The notes beneath the pieces are model-generated. The model had not been told where the DNA came from. It saw nothing but the letters and a program-made list of their open reading frames with translations, and ran no database searches. A stretch of 64,000 nt of DNA from Rickettsiales bacterium (lineage in GTDB: Bacteria; Pseudomonadota; Alphaproteobacteria; Rickettsiales; UBA998): positions 101,729 to 165,728 of the forward strand of contig CBDFKY010000006.1 of the NCBI GenBank assembly GCA_965248995.1. The letters run 5' to 3'. Made by a program: the position numbers and the translations under genes. Shown here piece after piece: positions 54,608 to 63,048 of the stretch (position 1 is its first letter; every line of letters starts with the position of its first letter).

Positions 54608-56734
54608 TTAACGCGGTACTCGGCGCCTGCGTTTGCGGCGCTCGCCGGACAGCGCCGTGCCGCGGCCTGATAAGCTCGGATTTTCCATGAAATACCGGTG
54701 CGCGGAGAACTGTTCCTTCGCCTCCACCCGCAGGTAAGTGCCGTCAGGCTGCAGTTCCCAGCTGTTCATGTCGTCCTTCAGGTTCGCCACCATGATCTGG
54801 TCGAGCACCTGCGCGTGAACAGTGGCGTTGGTGATCGGCACCATCACTTCCACCCGCCAGTCGAGGTTGCGCGTCATCCCGTCCGCCGAGGCGATATAAA
54901 CCTTCGCTTCCGGCGAGGGTAACCCGTGGCCACCTCCGAAACAATAGATCCGCGCATGTTCCAGGAAACGCCCGACCAGGCTTTTGACCCGGATGTTTTC
55001 CGACATGCCCGGCACGCCGGGGCGAAGGGCGCAGATGCCGCGCACCACTAGTTCGATCTTTACTCCCGCAGTGGATGCGTCATACAGCGCGTCGATCAGC
55101 TGCGTGTCCAGCAGGGCGTTCATCTTGATCCAGATGGCGGCGGCTTTTCCTTCGCCGGCGTAGACGGCTTCCTGTGTGATCATTTCCAGCAGGCAGTTAC
55201 GCATGTGGGTGGGGGCGGGGATCAGGTAATGGTAGGCGGCGGGGGCGCCGTAGCCTGTGATATAGTTGAACAGGTAATGCGCTTCGCGCACGTAATCGCG
55301 GTTGCAGGTGAAATAGGAAAGGTCGGTATAGACCTTCGCGGTGATGGGGTGGTAATTGCCGGTGCCGAAATGGACGTAGGATACCAGCGCCTGCTTTTCC
55401 TTGCGCACGACGATCGAGATTTTGGCGTGCGTCTTAAGCTTGACGAAGCCGTACACTACCTGCACGCCGGAGCGCTCCATATCCCGCGACATGCGGATGT
55501 TGGCCTCCTCATCGAAGCGGGCGCGCAGTTCCACCAGCGCCGTGACGGACTTGCCAACTTCCGCCGCGCGGATCAGCGCCTTGACGATCGGGGAATCGGT
55601 ACTGGTACGGTACAGGGTCTGCTTGATGGAAATCACGTCCGGGTCTTCCGCCGCCTGGTTCAGGAACTGCACCACCACGTCGAAACTTTCATACGGATGG
55701 TGGACGATCATATCCTTGGCGGCGATGGCGGCGAAGCAGTCCCCGCCATATTCGATGATCCGGTCGGGAAAGCGCACCTGATGGGGCGGATATTTCAGTT
55801 CGGGGCGGGGCAGGTTGCAGAGTTCGCTCAGTGAGGCGAGACCGAGCATTCCCTCCATTTCGTGCACCTGCTGGATATCGGTCTCCACATATTCCAGAAA
55901 CAGACGGACCAGCTGGGGGGAGGCGGGCTGCAGCGCCTTTACCCGGATCACGCGGCCACGACGGCGCTGTTTGACGGCATGTTCATAATTCTGCAGCAGG
56001 TCCTCCGCGTCTTCCTCCACTTCCAGGTCACTGTCGCGCAGGATCCTGAACAGGCTGGTGTCGGTGATCGCGAACCCCGGAAACAGCAAGTGCGCGAAGC
56101 GGCCGGTGATCTCTTCCAGAGGAATCAGGTGGATGCCCGTTCCACCGCCGGTAATCTCGAAAAACCGGTTCAGTTTCTGGGGCAGCGGCAATACCGCGTT
56201 GAGGGACTGGCCCGTCACTTCATGGCGCAGCGTGAACAATTGCGCCATGCCAAGGTTCGGCAGGAAGGGAAACGGATGGGCGGGGTCGATGGCGATGGGG
56301 CTCAGCGCCGGGAAAATGTCTTCCAGGAAAACCATTTCCAGCGCGGCCAGTTGATCGTCGCTCAAGCCGGCAGGGCTGGTCACGAAAATCCCTTCCGCCG
56401 CCAGCGCCTCGCGGAGTGTTGCCCAGCACTGCTGCTGCTGCTTCAGCAGTTCCTTCATCACCTCGCTTAAGGAGCGTAACTGCTGCGCAGAAGTCAGTCC
56501 GTCGTCGCTCATCTCCAGCAGGAGATGCCGCGCCTGGTCTTTCAGGCCTGCGACCCGCACCATGGTGAATTCATCGAGATTGCCTGCGGAAATCGCCAGA
56601 TAGCGTACCCGTTCCAGCAGGGGGTTGGCGTGGTTTTCCGCTTCTTCCAGCACACGATAATTAAAGGCGACCCAGGACAGTTCACGGTTGAGGTAGCGTT
56701 CCCGCCGTTCTTCTATCGAATATTCCTTCCCCAT
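54608..56734 (-). CDS. ppk1: polyphosphate kinase 1
   Basis: 708 aa. YLNRELSWVAFNYRVLEEA N-terminus and the two PLD-like HKD regions (KTHAKISIVVR ...). Confidence 0.95.
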   Translation of the reverse strand: MGKEYSIEERRERYLNRELSWVAFNYRVLEEAENHANPLLERVRYLAISAGNLDEFTMVRVAGLKDQARHLLLEMSDDGLTSAQQLRSLSEVMKELLKQQQQCWATLREALAAEGIFVTSPAGLSDDQLAALEMVFLEDIFPALSPIAIDPAHPFPFLPNLGMAQLFTLRHEVTGQSLNAVLPLPQKLNRFFEITGGGTGIHLIPLEEITGRFAHLLFPGFAITDTSLFRILRDSDLEVEEDAEDLLQNYEHAVKQRRRGRVIRVKALQPASPQLVRLFLEYVETDIQQVHEMEGMLGLASLSELCNLPRPELKYPPHQVRFPDRIIEYGGDCFAAIAAKDMIVHHPYESFDVVVQFLNQAAEDPDVISIKQTLYRTSTDSPIVKALIRAAEVGKSVTALVELRARFDEEANIRMSRDMERSGVQVVYGFVKLKTHAKISIVVRKEKQALVSYVHFGTGNYHPITAKVYTDLSYFTCNRDYVREAHYLFNYITGYGAPAAYHYLIPAPTHMRNCLLEMITQEAVYAGEGKAAAIWIKMNALLDTQLIDALYDASTAGVKIELVVRGICALRPGVPGMSENIRVKSLVGRFLEHARIYCFGGGHGLPSPEAKVYIASADGMTRNLDWRVEVMVPITNATVHAQVLDQIMVANLKDDMNSWELQPDGTYLRVEAKEQFSAHRYFMENPSLSGRGTALSGERRKRRRRVPR

Positions 56735-56831
56735 GCAGATCTTCGCATCGCCCCCGTGTCATAGAGTTACAGCACCACTTAACCCGTATCATCGCACCGG
56801 AAATGGTAATGATAACGTTAAGCCGCTATAA

Positions 56832-57899
56832 CTACGTCATTTCCCCGCGCTGAAAGGTCACGATCCGCATCATCCGCACGATACGGTTGCCGATCCGCCA
56901 GCTGGGAGACTGCTTGAGCAGGGCGATATCCTCATGTTCCTTACGGGCCAGCTGGGCGCAGCGTTCCTTAAGTAGCTCAATCTCCCGATGCCCGACTTCC
57001 ACTTTGCGCTCCAGTTCGTGCTGTTGCTGCACTGAATCGGAATAGCGCTGGTTCTGGTCTTCCAGTCTTGCCTGCATGGTGCGGTAAGCATCCAGCGCCG
57101 CGATCAGGTCATGGCTGATTTCCGTCGGTTTGAGCAGGCCTTTTTCGACAGGCAGTTTTCCGCTCAGCATTTCCATCAGGCGTTTCTGGTACGGGGTGAT
57201 CATCTCTTCCAGCATGGCTTCCGATCCTTTGGAGCGATACAAGGCCGGGTCGATGAATGAGGTGATTTCGCGTTCGCTCGGCATCCGAAGGCCCTGAATT
57301 TCCTGTTTCTGCAGGGATTCAAACAATTTGCGTACCGTCTCCACCGGGTCTCTCAGCATGTCCTGATGGGAGACAAAAATGGTCGGTAGGCCGTTAATAG
57401 CGTTGGCGACGCCTGTCGCGTAATATTCCCACAGCGCCATGCTTTGGGAGAAGGAAAATTCATTGCGGGTTTTCAGGGAGCGGGCGATTTCCAGCGGATT
57501 GCGGTAGACGCAGACGATGACCGGGATTTCCAGATGCGGCTTCCAGTAGGGCCATGTCAGGCACATGCGCGGGTCTTTCACTACCCACGGACGGTTGGCG
57601 TCCAGCTCCAGAACGATTTTCTTGATGTTTTCGGTGTTGGTGGCGAGCGCTTCCGCATCTTTCTTCGCAGGCACCTCCATGAATTCCCATTTCGCCAGCT
57701 TATCCCATTCGCACCCGTAATGCCGGAGAATACTGTTATTGGCGGCGATCACATCCCACCGCTCCCAGAATCCCTTGGGGTTTTCCTCATTGGCGCCGAG
57801 CGCTGTTTCCCCGATGGCGAAATACGCTCCCATCATGTTGATCAGGCGGGTAACCAGTGAGGTTCCGGAACGGTGGGCACCAAGGACGATAATCTGCAT
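56832..57899 (-). CDS. sulfotransferase family protein with C-terminal coiled coil
   Basis: 355 aa. The 5'-PSB loop IVLGAHRSGTSL is at the N-terminus. The C-terminal ~90 aa is heptad-like (LEDQNQRYSDSVQQQHELERKVEVGHREIELLKERCAQL). Confidence 0.8.
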   Translation of the reverse strand: MQIIVLGAHRSGTSLVTRLINMMGAYFAIGETALGANEENPKGFWERWDVIAANNSILRHYGCEWDKLAKWEFMEVPAKKDAEALATNTENIKKIVLELDANRPWVVKDPRMCLTWPYWKPHLEIPVIVCVYRNPLEIARSLKTRNEFSFSQSMALWEYYATGVANAINGLPTIFVSHQDMLRDPVETVRKLFESLQKQEIQGLRMPSEREITSFIDPALYRSKGSEAMLEEMITPYQKRLMEMLSGKLPVEKGLLKPTEISHDLIAALDAYRTMQARLEDQNQRYSDSVQQQHELERKVEVGHREIELLKERCAQLARKEHEDIALLKQSPSWRIGNRIVRMMRIVTFQRGEMT

Positions 57900-57942
57900 G
57901 GCACAGTTATAACGTCAAAAAAAACCTGCTGGCAAATGATTT

Positions 57943-59037
57943 TTAGGCCGGCTGATACTCCCGCCGCACGCGCCGGCCGATGGATGTCAGCACTTCATAC
58001 CCGATCGTGCCGTAGATCCGCGCCAGGTCATCCACGGTCTGGCGGTGATCCATCAGGGTGAGGAACGTTTCTTTTTCCAGTACGCTTTCGGGCACGCCGC
58101 TCACGTCGAAACACAGCATATCCATCGTCACCCGGCCGATGAGCGGGACGCGATGATTCCCGATATGGCCGTAGAGCCGGTTGCTGCCGGTACGAAAAAT
58201 CCCGTCGGCGTAGCCGATGCCAACGGTGGCGGTGCGCATCCCCGGCGTGACGTGGGCAGTCGCTGCGTAGCCGAGGCTGGCCGTCTCGTCGATAGTGCGT
58301 ACCTGCAGGATGGGCGCCCGCAGCGTGGCGACCGGCCGCATGGGGTTCGGCGCTTGGTCGAGCGGGGTGATGCCGTAAAGCGCGCAGCCGGGGCGCGTCA
58401 TGTCCCCATGATAGGGGGCGGGCAGGAAATGCCCCGATGAATTGGCGTAGCAGGTCCGCAGATGCGGCAACAGTACATGGGCGGCACGAATTTTTTCCAG
58501 TTGGCGGGCGTTGGTGGGATTGGCTGTATCCGATGCGCAGGCATAATGCGTCATCAACAGGTCGATGTGAGGGCCTCGCGCCGCTTCCAGAGTATCCTGA
58601 CGCTGCAGATCGGTGAAGGTGAGGCCCAGACGCTGCATGGCGGTATCGACATGCATGGCGGCGGGCAAGGCGTCGATATGGTCGGCGGCGCAGCGTTTCC
58701 AGGTTTCAAGCTGGGCGTGCGTATTCAGCACCGGCCGCAGGCGATGGGCGAGATATTCTTTTTCCGTACCCCGCAGCAATCCTTCGAACACGTAAATATC
58801 CGCTGCAGGCAGGGAAGCGCGCAGTTCCAGCGCTTCGGTAAGCGTTGCGACGAAAAAAGAGGTGCAGCCCGCCTCGAACAGGGCCGCGGCTACCGGCAGA
58901 ACGCCGAGCCCGTAAGCGTCGGCCTTGACGACCGCCGCCGTCGCACCGCCGCCGTGACGTGCTTTTAAAAGCCGCCAGTTCGCGATGATGGCGGAAAGAT
59001 CGACGGTGAGTTCGGGTATGTGAGACGGGGCATTCAT
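57943..59037 (-). CDS. alr: alanine racemase
   Basis: 364 aa. AVVKADAYGLG (PLP-Lys motif) and the typical C-terminal YEVLTSIGRRVRR. Confidence 0.93.
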   Translation of the reverse strand: MNAPSHIPELTVDLSAIIANWRLLKARHGGGATAAVVKADAYGLGVLPVAAALFEAGCTSFFVATLTEALELRASLPAADIYVFEGLLRGTEKEYLAHRLRPVLNTHAQLETWKRCAADHIDALPAAMHVDTAMQRLGLTFTDLQRQDTLEAARGPHIDLLMTHYACASDTANPTNARQLEKIRAAHVLLPHLRTCYANSSGHFLPAPYHGDMTRPGCALYGITPLDQAPNPMRPVATLRAPILQVRTIDETASLGYAATAHVTPGMRTATVGIGYADGIFRTGSNRLYGHIGNHRVPLIGRVTMDMLCFDVSGVPESVLEKETFLTLMDHRQTVDDLARIYGTIGYEVLTSIGRRVRREYQPA

Positions 59038-59187
59038 GCCGGGCTATATAGCGGTGATAGTTGGGCCTGTCAGCAGGATTAAAGAAAAGGTTATGCTGCG
59101 ATGCACAAATATTATGCTTGTCATATGGATGAAATTATGGTCATGTTTCGCCAGACCATATTCTATAGCAAGTTAGGAGATTTTCCT

Positions 59188-59628
59188 ATGGCTAGCATAT
59201 TGCGTTGGTTTCAACTTCTCTGGATGCGAATTCAGAGAATGCTGGGTTTGGAGATTGCTCCGCCTGTCGTAGGGCGGTTTTCGCCGAAAACCAGTTTCTA
59301 TGTCACGGCAGTGTATCCTGGGGTAATGACGGAAGTCGTACCGATCCCCACCACGTCGGAAGGATTAGAGGTTTTAGCTAAAAACTCTCGGATTGTTCTT
59401 AAGTGGTTCGGTGTCTCGTTACCTAAAGGAATGATGGTGGAAATCGATGGGGTGGAAAAAATCAAGGGCGTCACTGCTCCTTTTACCAACTCTCCGGAGA
59501 TTACGGCACCATTCATTTCTTACTGGTTCACCATCAAAGGCGTTAACGCCCTTGATGGTGGTATCGCTCAAGGATATTCCGAGCATATCGCTGACGGAAC
59601 AGCCGTTTGCGTCTTCTACGAAACCTGA
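59188..59628 (+). CDS. hypothetical protein (AT-rich islet)
   Basis: 146 aa from the ATG at 59188, preceded by AGGAG 7 nt upstream. The listed ORF begins at 59101. No motif recognised. Confidence 0.5.
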   Translation: MASILRWFQLLWMRIQRMLGLEIAPPVVGRFSPKTSFYVTAVYPGVMTEVVPIPTTSEGLEVLAKNSRIVLKWFGVSLPKGMMVEIDGVEKIKGVTAPFTNSPEITAPFISYWFTIKGVNALDGGIAQGYSEHIADGTAVCVFYET

Positions 59629-59631
59629 CCA

Positions 59632-59658
59632 CCACCTAACGTTTAGGTGGTTTTTTTT
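59632..59658 (+). terminator. rho-independent terminator
   Basis: Stem CCACCTAA/TTAGGTGG followed by T8 (59651-59658), directly after the stop at 59628. Confidence 0.75.
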
Positions 59659-59727
59659 GTCTTTCTTTCGGGCTTCTCTCATAAAGACGCTTCGCATTTA
59701 CCTTTAAGTCCGCTACATCTCGTCGGC

Positions 59728-61662
59728 ATGGAAAAAGCGCAGTTGAAACTGGTCATCGTCGGGCATGTGGATCATGGGAAATCCACCCTGATCGGCCGCC
59801 TCATCCATGATACCGGCAGTCTGGTGCAGGGGAAATACGAACAGATCACGGCGAGTTGCGCCCGTCGCGGTGTCCCGTTCGAGTGGTCGTTCCTGATGGA
59901 CGCGCTGCAGGCCGAACGGGCGCAGGGTATCACGATCGACATGACGCAGATCTGGCTGCGTACGCCCGTGGTGGATTACGTGATCATCGACGCGCCGGGC
60001 CACCATGAATTCCTGAAGAACATGATGACCGGCGCGGCGGAGAGCGACGCCGCCATTCTGATCGTCGACGCGGTGGAAGGGATGCGCGAGCAGACGCGCC
60101 GCCATGCGTACCTTCTGCACCTGCTCGGTGTTTCGCAAGTGGTGGTCGTGGTCAATAAGATGGACGCCGTGGTCTATGATGAAAAGCGTTATCAGGCGCT
60201 CGCGGATGACTGCCGGGCGTATTTGAAGGAACTGGGAATCACGCCGGTTCAGGTGATTCCCGTCTCGGCATACAGGGGGGAAATGCTGGCTTCCCGCCCG
60301 GCGGACGTACTTACCTGGTATAAGGGACCCACCTTGACGGAGGCGCTTTCGCATTTGCAGCCTTATGCGCATTCGGTTTCCTCGGCCCTGCGCCTGCCGG
60401 TGCAGGACGTCTATAAATTCGATGCGCGGCGGATCATCGCGGGTACGCTTGAGAGCGGAACGCTGAAAGTCGGGGACGAGGTGCTTATTTCTCCCACGAA
60501 TTACACCGGCCGCATCGCCAGCATCGAGTGCTGGCCGGAAATTAGCGGCGCATCCTGTCATCCTGCGCATAGCGAAGGATCTCATCCGGCGGCACGGGAT
60601 TCTTCGGCTGCGCCTCAGAATGACGAGGCCGTCGCAGGCCAGGCGGTGGGCATCACGCTGGAGGACCAGCGCTACATCGAGCGGGGGCATGTCATCAGCC
60701 ATGTGACGAACGCGCCGATTCTCAGTAACCAGTTTTTCACCCGCCTGTTCTGGATGCATCCCGAACCGCTGGAAGAAGGGGCGATGTATGAACTGCGTAT
60801 CACCACGGCGACGTACCGCGTGGAAGCGAAGCATATCGCCTACGTCGTGGATACCGATACCTGTGAGCGGATGCCGGGCAGGCCGGTAGAGCGCCATCAG
60901 GTGGCGGAAATCCTCTGGCAGGTGCGCGGTCTGGCCGTGCTCGACGAACACGCCGTTCTTCCCGCCACGGGGCGCTGCGTCGTCCTGAGGGACGACCGTA
61001 TCTGCGGCGGCGGCATCATCCATATGCAGGGGCTGTCCAACCAGCGGGCGGCAAGGGTGGCGGTGAAATCCGCCAACGTGCTGACCGAGGACATGCGCCT
61101 GACGAAAGACGAGCGGGCGAGGGCGAACGGCCACACCGGCGGGATCCTCTGGTTTACCGGGCTCTCCGGTTCCGGCAAATCCACGCTCGCCAAGGAACTG
61201 CAGCAGCGGCTGTTCGCTCTGGGTTATCAGGTATATGTGCTGGACGGCGACAATATCCGGCAGGGGCTGAACGCCGATCTCGGTTTCACGCCTGCGGACC
61301 GTTCGGAAAACATCCGCCGTGTCGGAGAGGTGGCGGCCCTGTTCGCCGATGCCGGGATGATCGTCATTTCCGCTTTCATCTCGCCTTATCGCGCCGATCG
61401 CCACCGGGCCCGCGCCTCTGCGCCGGAACTGTTCCACACGATCCATATTAAAGCGGGCGTCGACGCCTGCGAGGCGCGTGACGTGAAAGGCCTGTACGGG
61501 CGGGCCCGCCGCGGTGAGATCACCGAATTCACCGGTATTTCCGCACCCTACGAAACACCGGACAACCCGGAACTGGTGATCGATACCGAAGCGCTGTCCA
61601 TCGATCGATGCGTGGAATCCCTGCTCGCCTACGTGGTGAAGCAGTTTGGACAGGCTTCATGA
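59728..61662 (+). CDS. cysNC: bifunctional sulfate adenylyltransferase subunit 1 / adenylylsulfate kinase (CysN-CysC fusion, NodQ-like)
   Basis: ATG at 59728. GTPase motifs GHVDHGKST, DAPGH and NKMD. The C-terminal APS-kinase has P-loop GLSGSGKST. An extra ~25 aa lies in domain II. Confidence 0.93.
   Translation: MEKAQLKLVIVGHVDHGKSTLIGRLIHDTGSLVQGKYEQITASCARRGVPFEWSFLMDALQAERAQGITIDMTQIWLRTPVVDYVIIDAPGHHEFLKNMMTGAAESDAAILIVDAVEGMREQTRRHAYLLHLLGVSQVVVVVNKMDAVVYDEKRYQALADDCRAYLKELGITPVQVIPVSAYRGEMLASRPADVLTWYKGPTLTEALSHLQPYAHSVSSALRLPVQDVYKFDARRIIAGTLESGTLKVGDEVLISPTNYTGRIASIECWPEISGASCHPAHSEGSHPAARDSSAAPQNDEAVAGQAVGITLEDQRYIERGHVISHVTNAPILSNQFFTRLFWMHPEPLEEGAMYELRITTATYRVEAKHIAYVVDTDTCERMPGRPVERHQVAEILWQVRGLAVLDEHAVLPATGRCVVLRDDRICGGGIIHMQGLSNQRAARVAVKSANVLTEDMRLTKDERARANGHTGGILWFTGLSGSGKSTLAKELQQRLFALGYQVYVLDGDNIRQGLNADLGFTPADRSENIRRVGEVAALFADAGMIVISAFISPYRADRHRARASAPELFHTIHIKAGVDACEARDVKGLYGRARRGEITEFTGISAPYETPDNPELVIDTEALSIDRCVESLLAYVVKQFGQAS
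60557..60624. repeat. 68-bp imperfect palindrome inserted in frame within cysN
   Basis: Left arm GTCATCCTGCGCATAGCGAAGGATCTC. The reverse complement of the right arm is GTCATTCTGAGGCGCAGCCGAAGAATCCC. Encodes CHPAHSEGSHPAARDSSAAPQND, which has no counterpart in the E. coli CysN segment as I recall it. Confidence 0.7.
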
Positions 61663-61768
61663 CATTTTCATGATTATTTCGCCATTATTTGCGTAGTATA
61701 CTGGCAGGGGACTGGTATCTGTGATAAGTTAACCTATATAGTGCTTATTACTATTCAAGGACAATATT

Positions 61769-62290
61769 ATGGCATCCGACGACACATCCGTTAAAGCGGC
61801 GTTATTTCAGGCCACCGCCAGCATCGCCGGGGCGTATATCCGCGCCCATGCGACGCCGCTGGAAGAGATCGCCGAACTGATCGAGACGGTCTATGCCTCG
61901 CTGCACGGACTGGAAGGTGACCTTTCCCTTCAGCCGGAAGGCGCGCATGTGGACATCGCTTCCTCCATCACGCCGGAATATCTGATCTGCCTGGAAGACG
62001 GCAAGCGGCTCAAAATGCTCAAGCGCTATCTTAAAACCAATTATAACATGACGCCGGAAGACTACCGCAAACGCTGGAACCTGCCGGCCGATTACCCGAT
62101 GGTCGCCCCCAATTACGCGATACGCCGCAGTGAGCTCGCCAAGGATATCGGGCTCGGCAAGCAATCCATCCGCCAGCGCAAGCAGGTGGCGTTCGGGAAA
62201 TTCAAAGGCGGGCTGCCGGTCGGGAAAGGGAAACTGCGGATCGTACGCTCTACGGATATCATGACGGCGAGGCCGGTGCTGCCGCATTGA
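61769..62290 (+). CDS. mucR: MucR/Ros family transcriptional regulator
   Basis: 173 aa. ITPEYLICLEDGKRLKMLKRYLKTNYNMTPEDYRKRWNLPADYPMVAPNYA is the Ros/MucR zinc-finger core (the Cys/His pattern is partly substituted). Confidence 0.9.
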   Translation: MASDDTSVKAALFQATASIAGAYIRAHATPLEEIAELIETVYASLHGLEGDLSLQPEGAHVDIASSITPEYLICLEDGKRLKMLKRYLKTNYNMTPEDYRKRWNLPADYPMVAPNYAIRRSELAKDIGLGKQSIRQRKQVAFGKFKGGLPVGKGKLRIVRSTDIMTARPVLPH

Positions 62291-62324
62291 GTCAACCTGC
62301 CGAACATTGAAGCCGGCAGTTTAT

Positions 62325-62987
62325 TTAACGGCTCCAGCCGTCGCCCTTCTTAGTATAGGTCAGGGTGCGCATATCGGAAATGGCCGACTGAGTGTCCGGT
62401 GACTTCCATATCTCCGGTGAAATCTTGATACCGCCGGCTATTTCGGATAAATTTACGGAGGCATTCAGTCCCTGCCGTTGGATATCCAGAGAATCACCGA
62501 ACGGAGAGTGGGTAAACGTTACGGATCGGGCTCCCAACGCGGTTGCTTCCTTATTGAACTCTTCGCTGGAAAGCAGTTTCTGAATTTCTTTTATATCCAG
62601 AATTTTGTCATCACCCCGGGCTACATTCACCAGATATTCCATATTCTGCGTATGCGTGGAGATCTCGTCCGCGGCAAGCTGGGCAGTGATAAGCTCAACC
62701 TGCTGGATACTGCGGGCTATTTTCTTATATTCCGCACCTTCCAGTAACGTTGCTCTCGTTTCGGGATCGATCAGCTTTATCGACATGTCGGCCTTTTGTT
62801 CGAGCGCGTTCAAAAACTGCTCAGGGCTCTGGTCTTTCAGCTGAATCACTATCTTATCACCATCGGCGTGAAAAATGGCATTCATCTCCTGCAGCTTCTT
62901 TGTAAGGAAGGCATTGAATTCCTTATTTGGATCTAGCAAGGTCAGGGTGTGGTTAGGTTCATCTATGGTAGCCGGGATATCAAACAT
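62325..62987 (-). CDS. hypothetical protein (AT-rich islet)
   Basis: 220 aa, acidic and helical. No signal peptide or motif recognised. Confidence 0.5.
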   Translation of the reverse strand: MFDIPATIDEPNHTLTLLDPNKEFNAFLTKKLQEMNAIFHADGDKIVIQLKDQSPEQFLNALEQKADMSIKLIDPETRATLLEGAEYKKIARSIQQVELITAQLAADEISTHTQNMEYLVNVARGDDKILDIKEIQKLLSSEEFNKEATALGARSVTFTHSPFGDSLDIQRQGLNASVNLSEIAGGIKISPEIWKSPDTQSAISDMRTLTYTKKGDGWSR

Positions 62988-63048
62988 GTTGCCCTCACTT
63001 AAAATCCGATTTATCTTAACGTACGGACTAAAATTGTAAAGAAAAAGT

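Noticed and set aside
59713-61446. 577-aa minus-strand ORF
   Set aside because: It is antisense to cysNC, which carries unambiguous GTPase and APS-kinase motifs. The translation is Arg/His/Asp-rich with no motif.
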